Positions 1-11,360 of a DNA stretch of 64,000 nt are shown here, piece after piece (position 1 is the first letter of the stretch; the number at the start of each line of letters is the position of its first letter). The notes beneath the pieces were generated by a model. The model saw nothing but the letters and a program-made list of their open reading frames with translations, was not told the DNA's origin and did not search any database. A program made the position numbers and the translations under genes. This DNA is from Eledone cirrhosa. Taxonomy: Eukaryota. Location of the stretch: NCBI GenBank assembly GCA_964016885.1, contig OZ024748.1:2418001-2482000 (forward strand). Reading direction: 5' to 3'.

Positions 1-480
1 ATACAAAGTTTGTTTTATAAATATAGATAGAGACATACCCATTAAAATCATACCTTATCGGTTGGAAATTCATTGGATATTTACTCCAGTAATCTGTTGA
101 GTGCTCTAAATCAGTTATAAACATTTATGTTTGTCGGACTTCCAACAAATTAAATACAACTTCTACTTATATATATTTGTGTATTATTCTATGTACTATA
201 TTGACGAGTTGTAGTGCACCTGAGCACTTTACACAATAATTTCATTATTATTATTATATATATATATATAGTTATGTAATAAATAAGATAATTATTTCAT
301 TTACCAGTGGTTTCTTGAAGACAGATACTTATGTCTGTCTTCATTCATCAGATATATATATATATAAGTTTATCCCGGGTTCAATTGGGGGTAACCACAG
401 TTAGTAAGGTACTCAATACAAAGCAGAGTATAAATATATATAGAAGGAGCTTCTGATGATTTTCTGAATATATATATAAG

Positions 481-531
481 AGCTTCCTGATGATTTCTCA
501 TGAATGAAACAATTCTAGTCCTGTAGAAGCT
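481..531 (+). ncRNA. Minimal type-I hammerhead ribozyme motif
   Basis: AGCTTC-CTGATGA-tttc tcat gaat-GAAA-ca attctagtcc tg-TA-GAAGCT: perfect 6-bp stem I, full catalytic core, short stems II and III. The first pair of stem II is U-U. Confidence 0.65.
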
Positions 532-710
532 TTTCTTTATATACACATATATACATACATACATATATATATAGTTCAAGGAAACAACAAAACAGAGGTA
601 CAAAAAAATCTTATTAGTTTCACGCTTTATATGGGAAAGAAAGTCCGATGTGTCGGTCTTCAGCCCTTCTTCGGGATTACAAAAGTAAAGACAGGATCAC
701 AAAGGACACA

Positions 711-1770
711 GAAAATAGAGGTAGTCTATAGTAAAAATAGAGGTAGTCTGTAGTAAAAATAGAGGTAGTCTGTAGTAAAAATAGAGGTAGTCTGTAGTAA
801 AAATAGAGGTAGTCTGTAGTAAAAATAGAGGTAGTCTGTAGTAAAAATAGAGGTAGTCTGTAGTAAAAATAGAGGTAGTCTGTAGTAAAAATAGAGGTAG
901 TCTGTAGTAAAAATAGAAGTAGTCTGTAGTAAAAATAGAAGTAGTCTGTAGTAAAAATAGAGGTAGTCTGTAGTAAAAATAGAGGTAGTCTATAGTAAAA
1001 ATAGAGGTAGTCTGTAGTAAAAATAGAGGTAGTCTGTAGTAAAAATAGAGGTAGTCTGTAGTAAAAATAGAGGTAGTCTGTAGTAAAAATAGAGGTAGTC
1101 TGTAGTAAAAATAGAGGTAATCTGTAGTAAAAATAGAGGTAGTCTGTAGTAAAAATAGAGGTAGTCTGTAGTAAAAATAGAGGTAGTCTGTAGTAAAAAT
1201 AGAGGTAGTCTGTAGTAAAAATAGAGGTAGTCTGTAGTAAAAATAGAGGTAATCTGTAGTAAAAATAGAGGTAGTCTGTAGTAAAAATAGAGGTAGTCTG
1301 TAGTAAAAATAGAGGTAGTCTGTAGTAAAAATAGAGGTAATCTGTAGTAAAAATAGAGGTAGTCTGTAGTAAAAATAGAGGTAGTCTGTAGTAAAAATAG
1401 AGGTAATCTGTAGTAAAAATAGAGGTAGTCTGTAGTAAAAATAGAGGTAGTCTGTAGTAAAAATAGAGGTAGTCTGTAGTAAAAATAGAGGTAGTCTGTA
1501 GTAAAAATAGAGGTAGTCTGTAGTAAAAATAGAGGTAATCTGTAGTAAAAATAGAGGTAGTCTGTAGTAAAAATAGAGGTAGTCTGTAGTAAAAATAGAG
1601 GTAATCTGTAGTAAAAATAGAGGTAGTCTGTAGTAAAAATAGAGGTAATCTGTAGTAAAAATAGAGGTAGTCTGTAGTAAAAATAGAGGTAGTCTGTAGT
1701 AAAAATAGAGGTAGTCTGTAGTAAAAATAGAGGTAGTCTGTAGTAAAAATAGAGGTAGTCTGTAGTAAAA
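711..1770. repeat. Minisatellite, 22-bp unit TAGTAAAAATAGAGGTAGTCTG, ~48 copies
   Basis: Directly visible, highly homogeneous tandem array. It explains the three overlapping minus-strand ORFs with a 22-aa period. Confidence 0.97.
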
Positions 1771-2212
1771 AAAAATAAAAATATTGAAAGTAGACAAGAC
1801 AAACTGTTAGGTAGTTTTGGTAATGATTTTGAAACACAAAGTGAAATGTGTGTGTCAGTGTATGTTTAAATGTGATAGAACCCTACATGGTGGGTGTGTT
1901 GGTGACATGACAAGTGTGTGCATATATATATATATGTGTGTGTGTAAAAAGATTCAGATCCCCGACGGCTGAACTCCGGGTGTTTCGACAGCTAGATCCG
2001 ATCTAGGTGTCAAAACAGCCGGAGCTCAGCCGTCGGGGTCCTGACTCCTATTACCCACTCTACTACCCCAAGTATGGAGTACTCTGGTGGGTTAGGGTCC
2101 ACCTGGTGCCTTACCACACCCTATCTGATATATATATATATATATGTATATTGAACCCTGTATGGTGGTCATGTTGGTGACATAACAAAATGCTCCCAGT
2201 TCACCCACATAT

Positions 2213-2545
2213 ATATGAAATTATTGTGTACAGTGCTCAGGTGCACTACAACTCATCAAAGGTGCATGTACAGTACATAGGGCAATGCACAAACATCAGG
2301 AAAATGAACAGTGCACGAGTCATGATACACACATGTGTGCATGTGTATGGAAGGGGTACATCAGGTGTAGTTTTGGCGTATTTCGGGAAGCAGTGTCTCA
2401 GCAGCCAACAACTGACGCAGGCAGTTTGTTCCATGCTTCAGCAACTCTGAGCGTGAAAAAATGTCTACGAAAGTCATGGGAGCTGTGCTGTTTTCTGATT
2501 TTGTAGGCATGTCCACGATTGTGTTAGACACATGGAGATCAAAAA
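2213..2545 (-). mobile_element. CR1-clade LINE 3' end
   Basis: The minus frame reads [37 protein letters not shown], the CR1 RT C-terminal motif. Its 3'UTR (GTTGTAGTGCACCTGAGCACT...AATTTCATTATT) also occurs at ~185-255, 51725-51920 and 61870-61960. Confidence 0.75.
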
Positions 2546-2768
2546 GGTGCTATATATATATACATACATGTATATACACACACATATATATATACATATA
2601 TATACACAAACATAAATACATATATACATATATATACACAAACATAAATACATACATACATAAATACATACATACATACATATGTATATACACACATATA
2701 TATACATATATATACACAAACATAAATATACACATACATATACATACATAAATATACACATACATACA

Positions 2769-2819
<51 letters not shown>

Positions 2820-3097
2820 GATATATTAACAAATGGAAACTATATTTATAAAACCATATTTATTTTAATATACATATTTCAAGGGCCACCAAGGCAAATT
2901 ATGGTGCGTTTTCATCAGATAAAATACAATACAGATTTGTTTTATAAATAAATATTGACATACCCTGAAAAAAGACAACCTTAACGGTTGGAGCTTCCTG
3001 GATGGTTGTATATTTACTCCACTAATATGTTGAGTGCTTTATATCAGTTATAAAAATGTTTAAGCTTGTTGAATCCCAACAAATTAAATATAACCTC

Positions 3098-3144
<47 letters not shown>

Positions 3145-3807
3145 TATAAAAATGGCTTCTACACATACATATATTGAATTTGGTGAATGATATTCCCAAG
3201 CAATGTACCAGCCCTTCAGTTTCTAGTCAATATATCTTTTTTATATATTTTGTATTGAGAAATGTTGGGTTTTGTTTGAATTGGTGTGGCTTCTTTCTTT
3301 AAACTATTTTATGAAAAATCTTTCTAGTGTGACCAGAATAATTAGCAGACAGGTAAATGGGGATTGGTTTAAGCTTCATAAAGAATCCCATTTAAATAGC
3401 AAAGCATAATATATAATATATGATCTAATATAAAGAACATACCTTCTAAGATCTCTCCCATGACGTTATATGCTTAACAGCTTTTCCTATTTTGTTCAAA
3501 TTGTATAGTGAAAATATGTTTTAATGTCTTTAGTACTATTCTATCAGCCAATCAATTTGTATGATGATCATGTATAGCCTGTCTCTCTGTCTGTCTCTCT
3601 GTCTGTCTCTGTGTGTGTGTGTGTATGGCAAAAGAAGAGAGAAGAATTCAACATTTCAGACAGTGGATCTTCATCAAAAATAGAAAAGAAGAAGAGGAAA
3701 AGAGGGGGACTGTATTGAAATATAGCATTTCTAGGGCATTTTTTCTTTTAAATCTGGCAAAGCCTATCTCCTTTCCATGTCTGAATACATCAGATCTCTT
3801 TCAATGA

Positions 3808-3868
<61 letters not shown>

Positions 3869-3984
3869 AGATAGATATATAGAAAAATCTACCCCAGTGC
3901 TACCCAAGACTTAATGTACTGGGGGAGGGGGGTGGATCTCAAAAGAAAGAATACACTAATGAAAATATATTGTCAAATAAAAAG

Positions 3985-4270
3985 ATTTCTCTGAATTGAG
4001 AGATCACAGCTCCGATACTACAGACATGTGATTAGAATGTCTCAGGAAAGAATCACTGGACAGATTTTACGGGCAAAACCAACCAGCAGGAGGCCCAGGG
4101 GTAGACATTAAACAAGATGGTTGGATAACATCCATGAGCTTGGCTGGTCTCGCTTGGGGATCTAGCCAGATCAGTTGGAGATGGTTGTTTCTGACAGGAC
4201 CTGGTGGAAGGAGTGTTTGAGGACTCCCCCCACAACCCTCTCAGGAATAAGTGGGCAAAGAAGAAGAAAT
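3985..4270 (+). mobile_element. Decayed RTE/RTEX-like LINE 3' fragment
   Basis: IERSQLRYYRHVIRMSQERIT..ILRAKPTSRRPRGR..TRWLD. Related pieces lie at ~15620-15880 (-), 41270-41420 and 58450-58640. Confidence 0.6.
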
Positions 4271-5194
4271 GAAAATATGAATTCATAACAAGCCAAGCAA
4301 TTTATAACAGAGGTTATTTTCTTTTCCTAAACCATTTGTCAACAATTCAACAAATGACTACATAGACCAGATCACTGATAACCTCAGTTGATAACTTATC
4401 GGAGGTCTGTGTGTGTGTGTGCGTGTTTGTGCATGTGTGTGTGTTTATGTTTGTCTGTGTGTGTGTGTGTGTTTGCGCGCGCATGTGTGTATGTGTGTGC
4501 GTGTGTATGTGTGTGTGTGTGTGCGCGCGTGTGCATGTGTGTGTGTGTATGGTGGCTGCAAACTCTGTTAAGAGTATTGCAATTGCTTGTCAGATTACAG
4601 AAAATAGTGCGGCATTAGGCTACAACCAGCCATATGAACCTGTCAGATATCCTGAATAAGCAATGTTTATACACACACATCAATGATGATGGTGGTTGTA
4701 CGTCTCATTAAGACACTTTTCTAGGAGAAGGTCACTCTGATATAAAACCTGTGACTTTGTTTCGCATACAATAATTGTTTCTACTTTTAGCACAAGGCCA
4801 GCAATTACCCAGTGTATTACTGGTACTTTATTTTATCAACCCCCATAAGGATGAAAGGCAATTTAACCTCGGAGGGATTTGAACTCAGAATGGCAAGGGC
4901 CGTAACTCTATGCTACAAAACATGGCGTCCGACCCTCTACCGATACTGCCAATCCATCGCCCTATAATGTAGACCAATTCTTCTTGTTGGGTAAAGGCAT
5001 TCAATGTTCAGAGAATGGGATTGGCTCCGTGCAAAACCTTTCCTCACTTAAAAAAAATTCAAGTACAGTCATCGCTTGATATTTGTTGCGCTGCATATAG
5101 CCATATATGGTATTACTGGCAATTGAGTGGCAGTCATCATCATCATGTGTATATATATATACCTGTCTAATCCATGCTAGTGATGATGATGATA

Positions 5195-5396
5195 TACAAG
5201 AGTCAGCTGAAAAGTTCACAGGCTGACTATGAAAAAGTGATGCTAGAGCTGTGAAATCTTGTATGCTTTAATTTCAACTCTTCTCATTAATAACTGCATT
5301 GTTTCTTTCCAGGGATTATATTGAAAAATAAACATCATTTGGTCATTCCATGAGAGTATCTTGGTCAACCTTTAAACTTTTCTTCAGACCCTCATA
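5195..5396. mobile_element. Mariner-type MITE (second, rearranged copy at ~50355-50692)
   Basis: Imperfect TIRs TACAAGAGTCAGCTGAAAAGTTCACAGGCTGAC / GTCAACCTTTAAACTTTTC..GACCCTCATA. The internal sequence recurs at 50355-50692. Confidence 0.6.
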
Positions 5397-5606
5397 AATA
5401 TGACCTGCCATTACAATAACAAGATTGGCAGGCCATCCCTAATCAAAATCAGTCCTGTTCTTTGATATAACTAATTCTGCAATCAATGATATCACCTGGG
5501 TCTTGCATAATATTTGGAGGATGAAGTTGGGCCATTGAAATACATATAGTGTTTTCATTGAATTAATTTATAAAATTTCCACTCCAGCCTTCTGCTGTTG
5601 TTTTTA

Positions 5607-5650
<44 letters not shown>

Positions 5651-6101
5651 ATAGCCACAGTTAGTTATGGGGTCTAGTCTGCATGAAGAACTCAATGCAA
5701 TCCATCTGTTGATAATGTTGTAGGTTCAAATAAATCCCGGAAAACAAAAAAAATCATCATTCAAGTCATTAGGAAAATACTTCACTGCTTTACGATCGTT
5801 TCTAGGTGATAATAATACATTGTATGCATATTTCGTTATCGATCTATGTAAAGTTAGTTACAAAATATCAGATAAGGAGAATATTTACCTTCTTGAATAT
5901 CATCAGCTGTTGTCAAAAGCAATGATTGCTTTTGACAACAGCTGATGACAGGTAAATATTCTCCTTATTTGAGGTCGAGTGATGTAAACTTCGAATGATT
6001 AGCGGCCTTTAGACTCGCCTGATCAATGAAACAATTGTTAATACTTGAAATAAAGCCCCTTGTTGTACAGCCGACCATGTTATTCTTCACTATTTCACTA
6101 T

Positions 6102-6163
<62 letters not shown>

Positions 6164-6489
6164 TATATATATATATATCAGCAAACAGCCACAGGAAACA
6201 AGTACCACCAATCTCTGGGAGGGCTCTGTAGAAACAGTAGACAGCTTCTGCTACCTAGGTGACCAAATTAGCAGCGGAGGTGGGTGTTCAGAAAGTACAA
6301 TAACTAGGGTAAGGACGGGATGGAAGAAGTTCAGGGAACTACTGCCAGTGCTAGCTGCAATAAGGATCTCTATGGCACACCTCTCAAAGGTGATGACACA
6401 CGACCGTGACCTCTGGCGTCACGCAGTAATACAGAAGAACCGACTCCCCACGGGTACAAGCCGAAGCTGAAGCATATAGATAATATGTC

Positions 6490-6780
6490 CCCACACCCTC
6501 CCACTGCAAAGTGGTCGTGGAAGCGCCACGGCAAAAAAGCACCCAGCCCACACTGTAAAGTGGACGTGTAGGCGCCACGAAAAAGCACCCAGCACTCACT
6601 GTAAATGAGGTTGGTGTTAGGAAGGGCATCCAGCTGTAAAATTCAAGCCAGAATCAGTTCCTGTATGAGCAAGACAAGGTCAGCTGACCGGACACTGCCC
6701 ACAACAGGACAACCCATCTAACCCATGCTAGCGTGGAAGAACGGACGTAAAACGGTGATGATGATGATGATGATGATAAT
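6490..6780 (+). mobile_element. Non-autonomous retroelement with RTE-type 3' tail (CCCATGCTAGCATGG...(GAT)n)
   Basis: Shared block GTTGGTGTTAGGAAGGGCATCCAGCTGTA...CTAACCCATGCTAGC.TGG...(GAT)n. Copies at ~10440-10610, 16275-16460, 24100-24290, 30115-30290, 34800-35090, 35800-36015, 36420-37000 and 59763-60040. Confidence 0.75.
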
Positions 6781-7237
6781 GCATGGAAACGGAGAGAAAA
6801 ATGAAAAGCTTCACAAAAGGGGAAAGTTTGGTGTACATGAGACATGATATAATACACATACTCACGCAAACATACTCACACTCACACGTGTGTGTACAGT
6901 ATGTACATAGAGAGGGCTTATTTACAACAGATCTTTTGAATTAAAAGTATTAATACAAACATCAAATGCCTTAATCAATGAACAACCGATAATATGTATT
7001 TATACAGCACAGCACACCACCACAGCACCATACCACCATGCCACTGCCACCACCACCACACCACCACCACCACCACCACACCACCACCAACACGCCACCA
7101 CCATCACCACCACCACCCCACCACGCCACCACCACCACCATGCCACACCACCACCACACCAAGCCACTGCCACCACCAACACGCCACCACCACACCGCCA
7201 CCACCACACCACCACCACCACTGCCACCCAGACGCCA

Positions 7238-7277
<40 letters not shown>

Positions 7278-7750
7278 GGAAAAAATGAAACGAAATTTCA
7301 TTTCCCACTCTTAGTATGGCTGTTACTTAAATATAAGTATGTACACGTACATACATATATGTATACAGACGTACAGTAGTATGTATATATATATACATAC
7401 ATGCACACATATATATATGTACGTATGGATTCACCGAACATTTATTATATATATATACAGATATCATGATGATGATGATATATATATATATATATATATG
7501 AAAATTGGTTGTCCTGCCACAATGCAGATTAGATTATAAATATTCAGGTAACAAACTCATGTGAAGAAAGAGAAAGGTGAGGTTTAGTGAAGAAGAAGAG
7601 AAAAGGAAAAAGAAAGAACCAGCAATGTTATTACCATGAGAATATCTATATGTCCCTATATTTCGGATGTACCATCCATTATCAAGGAATGGCTCCCATT
7701 CACTTATACATTTAGACTATGGACAAAGAGAACTCAATACCTGTGTAAAC

Positions 7751-8023
7751 TATGATGGGGTGCTAAAGATTTCCTGGCTTTAAAGGTATTGCGAAAGGGT
7801 AGAACTGATACCTTTACAAGGGAGGTAGGACCACTGCAATAAGTGTGTGAATCTGAGAGGGGAATATGTTGAATAAAATCATAATTAACTGATCCTCCTG
7901 TATCTTTTAACTGACCCTCCAGTATCTTGTTTTAACTGATCCTCCTGTACTATATTTTCTTTTAACTGATTCTCTTGTATTTTCTTTTACTCAAATCCAG
8001 GAACTTTTCAGCAACCATTCGTA
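7751..8023 (+). mobile_element. Internally deleted mariner (MITE)
   Basis: TA-flanked imperfect TIRs (TATGATGGGGTGCTAAAGATTTCCTGGCTTT / AAATCCAGGAACTTTTCAGCAACCATTCGTA). It retains the mariner transposase C-terminal codons KCVNLRGEYVE*. Confidence 0.7.
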
Positions 8024-9413
8024 TATATTTAATCACCACTATACATTCTTTTATTTCCCCCAAAACTTTAAGGTGTGATTTGAAGGAGATTTGGCTGTTA
8101 TTACTAGAGCTCCCATTAAGGAGGAAGAGGGGGGGGGGAGACTTTCAAGATGTGTCAACACCATTAGACACATAAATACACCAGCAAGAACAACAACAAC
8201 TATAACAACAACATCTTAAAACATGTCACAACATCTAAAGTGCTAAATATACAACTGGTGTAATGATATGACTAGTGCTGTGATAGAAACTAGAAATTTG
8301 GACATGAACGGGTTAAATTATTTGACATTGCTGTGAGGTTAAGAGGTTCACTGTATAGCATTTCATGTGGCCATGTCATGTCAGGTTTGATACCACTGTG
8401 TGTACCACCTAGAGCTGCATGTGGCCATGTTATTTCAGGTTTTGTACCATCTAGGGCAACATGTGACCATGTTATTTCAGAATTAATACCACTGTGTACC
8501 ACCTAGGACAATATGTGGCCATGTTATTTCAGGTTTAATACCACTGTGTGTACCATCAAGGGCAAATATCTTCTACTATAGCTGTGGATGTTTTCTTTGT
8601 GACCACCAGCAATATCACCTTACTGTGTGGATTGGCTGCAGTTTTAATATGGCATAAGCCATGTCTTATGATCTGGACATTGAAACAATATCAGATAAGT
8701 TTCAAAGCTATATTTGTTTATAATAAATTACCCTACAATAAAAAAAACACCCAGTCCATCTTTTAAGTTGGTACTCTTGGTGCCACAACAAAAAGCACCA
8801 AGTCCACCCTGTGTGGCAGTAGTACTGGTGTTACAACAAAAAGCACCCAGTACACCCTGTAAAGCAGTTCCTCTGGTACAACAAAAATCACCCTGTAATG
8901 TGGTAGAGCTGGTGTTATGACAAAAAGCAACCAGTCCACCTTCTAAGGTGGTACTGCTGGTGTGCCATGAAAAATATCTCCCAGTGCATATTGTAAAGTA
9001 GTCAGCAATAATAAGAACATTCAACCATAAAAAAACACAAGTTTAAAAGAGGAATACATGATCACCTGATCTTAGCTGGCCTCATGACGTGACAGCCAAG
9101 GAAACTTATGCAAACATGGAAAATTAACAGACGACAGCGACGATGAATACTACCACAGCCAACACAATGACAACTATAACCACAACAACCACCACCACCA
9201 CCATGACAACTATAACCACAACGACCACCACCACCACCACCACCACCATGACGACAATAACAACGATGACAACCTCAACATCGATGACAATGACCACGAT
9301 GATACTCAGCTCAAATAGTTTCAATTATTAAAGTACCAGTTAAGTACTGGGGTCAATATAATCTTTCCCCTCCTTTCCTCAAACTAACTAGACAGGGGCC
9401 TAAATTTGAAGCA

Positions 9414-9444
<31 letters not shown>

Positions 9445-10743
9445 GCTGAGTGGGGGATTGCCAGATTCGGTAGAGTCGGACACGATGTTTTGCAGCACAG
9501 AGTTACGGACCTTTATGATCTGAGTTCAACTTTGCCTTTCATCCTTACAGGGTTGATAAAATAAAGTACCAGTAATGCACTGGGTAATTGCTGGCCTTGT
9601 GCCAAAAGTAGAAACAATTATTATTATTAGCTAAACATGTCTCTTCAGAATGTAAAGGTTTCCCACCATTGGACTAAAACCATTAAAAAAAAAAGATAGA
9701 AAGAAAGAGAGAGAAGGGGTGACTAATTTTCTGATCCTAAAGATGAAGCTAAGCAGTTAGGGAGTAGTACTAGGGTGACTCTAAACATTAGGGACAGTAC
9801 TGACGTGGCTATAAACATTAGGGAGCAATATTGGTATGGGTATAAATTTTAGGGTTCAGTATAGGTATGGCTATAAACATTAGGGAGCAGTACGGGTATA
9901 GCTATAAATATTAGGGAGCAGAGCTGGTATGGCTCTAAATATTAGGGTTCAGTACCAGTATGGTTAAAATATTATTAATAATTAAGGGACTTAGTTGTAG
10001 TTATGTGTGATGACTTCAATGGTGGGAGATTTATTGGTGTTGTTATTGTTGTTGTTTATCAACGTGTGATTGATGAGTCAGGAGTTTGTGTTAATTAATA
10101 AACAGCTATAACAACAAATTAGACCTGCTACTAATTGCCCACTTGAACAACATCACACTTAACAAAATTTTGGTACCCTTGAAATATATATAATAAAATA
10201 AATATGGTTTTATAAATATAGTTTCCATTTATTAATATCATTGATATTATACTCCAGAAAACTTGTAGAGTGCTTCGAATCTGTTATAATTAAATTTGTT
10301 GAATAACCAACAAATTAAATATCTCTTTGCTTATATATATACAGGTGATGTGTTGTTTCCTTGAGCAAGACACTTTATTTCACATTGCTCCAGTTTACTC
10401 AGCTGTAGAAATGAGATAATAGGGACTGGGATCCCTATCATTCCACTGCAAAGTGGTCGTGGAGGTGCCACGGCAAAAAAGCACCCAGCACTCACTGTAA
10501 ATGAGGTTGGTGTTAGGAAGGGCATCCAGCTGTAGAAATCAAGCCAAAATCAGTTACCGTCCCACCCTTGCAAGCAGGGAAAAAGCAGATGTAAAATGAA
10601 ATGATGATGATATGTAAAAGTTCCATTTAAATTGTTGGGATACAAGAAGCAAATATTTTTATAACTGATATAAAGCACTCAACAAATATTTGGAGTAAAA
10701 ATACGATATTAACAAATGGAAACTATATTTATAAAACCATATT

Positions 10744-10808
10744 TATTTCATTATACATATTTCAAGGACACCAAGTTAAATTATGGTGTGCTTTCATCAG
10801 ATAAAATA
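10744..10808 (-). ncRNA. Minimal type-I hammerhead ribozyme motif (inverted twin of 11141-11205)
   Basis: Reverse complement: TATTTTAT-CTGATGA-aagcacacc ataatttaactt ggtgtcctt-GAAA-tatgta-TA-ATGAAATA. Confidence 0.65.
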
Positions 10809-11140
10809 TAATATAGATCAGTTTTATAAATAAATATTGACATACCCTTAAACTCAACAAGATATGACTTAGAGTTTTTCATTCTCTCCCCTTCTCTGTC
10901 TCTATATCTTTCTCTCTCTGTTGTTTTGGTCTCTATCTCTCTCTCTTTTCTCTCTCTCTCTCTTTTTCTCTCTCTTCTTCTTTATCTTTTTCTTCCTCTA
11001 TAACCCAACGGCTTATTTTTAAAATATCCAATACTAATAATAATATAATTAAACAACTCCACTATCCGGGAGCTTCCAACAGTAATGGTTGCATTTGTTA
11101 AGGGTATGTCAATATTTATTTATAAAACTGATCTATATTA

Positions 11141-11205
11141 TATTTTATCTGATGAAAGCACACCATAATTTAACTTGGTGTCCTTGAAATATGTATAATG
11201 AAATA
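11141..11205 (+). ncRNA. Minimal type-I hammerhead ribozyme motif
   Basis: TATTTTAT-CTGATGA-aagcacacc...ggtgtcctt-GAAA-tatgta-TA-ATGAAATA: 8-bp stem I (one G-U), 9-bp stem II (one mismatch), near-palindromic minimal stem III. Confidence 0.65.
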
Positions 11206-11244
11206 AATATGGTTTTATAAATATAGTTTCGATTTGTTAATATC

Positions 11245-11301
<57 letters not shown>

Positions 11302-11360
11302 GTCACAGTATCGTGAGAGAGAATAGAGAGAGGAAGCGTTATAGGAGACGAAACAGATGA

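Noticed and set aside
677-1837. Three long minus-strand ORFs (386, 366, 270 aa)
   Set aside because: They are translations of a 22-bp tandem repeat, with no domain and no splice context.
6971-7379. His/Pro/Thr-rich and Val/Trp-rich ORFs (also 9124-9331, 17122-17684, 32645-33098, 35088-35430)
   Set aside because: They derive from (CAC)n/(GTG)n/(GA)n microsatellites.
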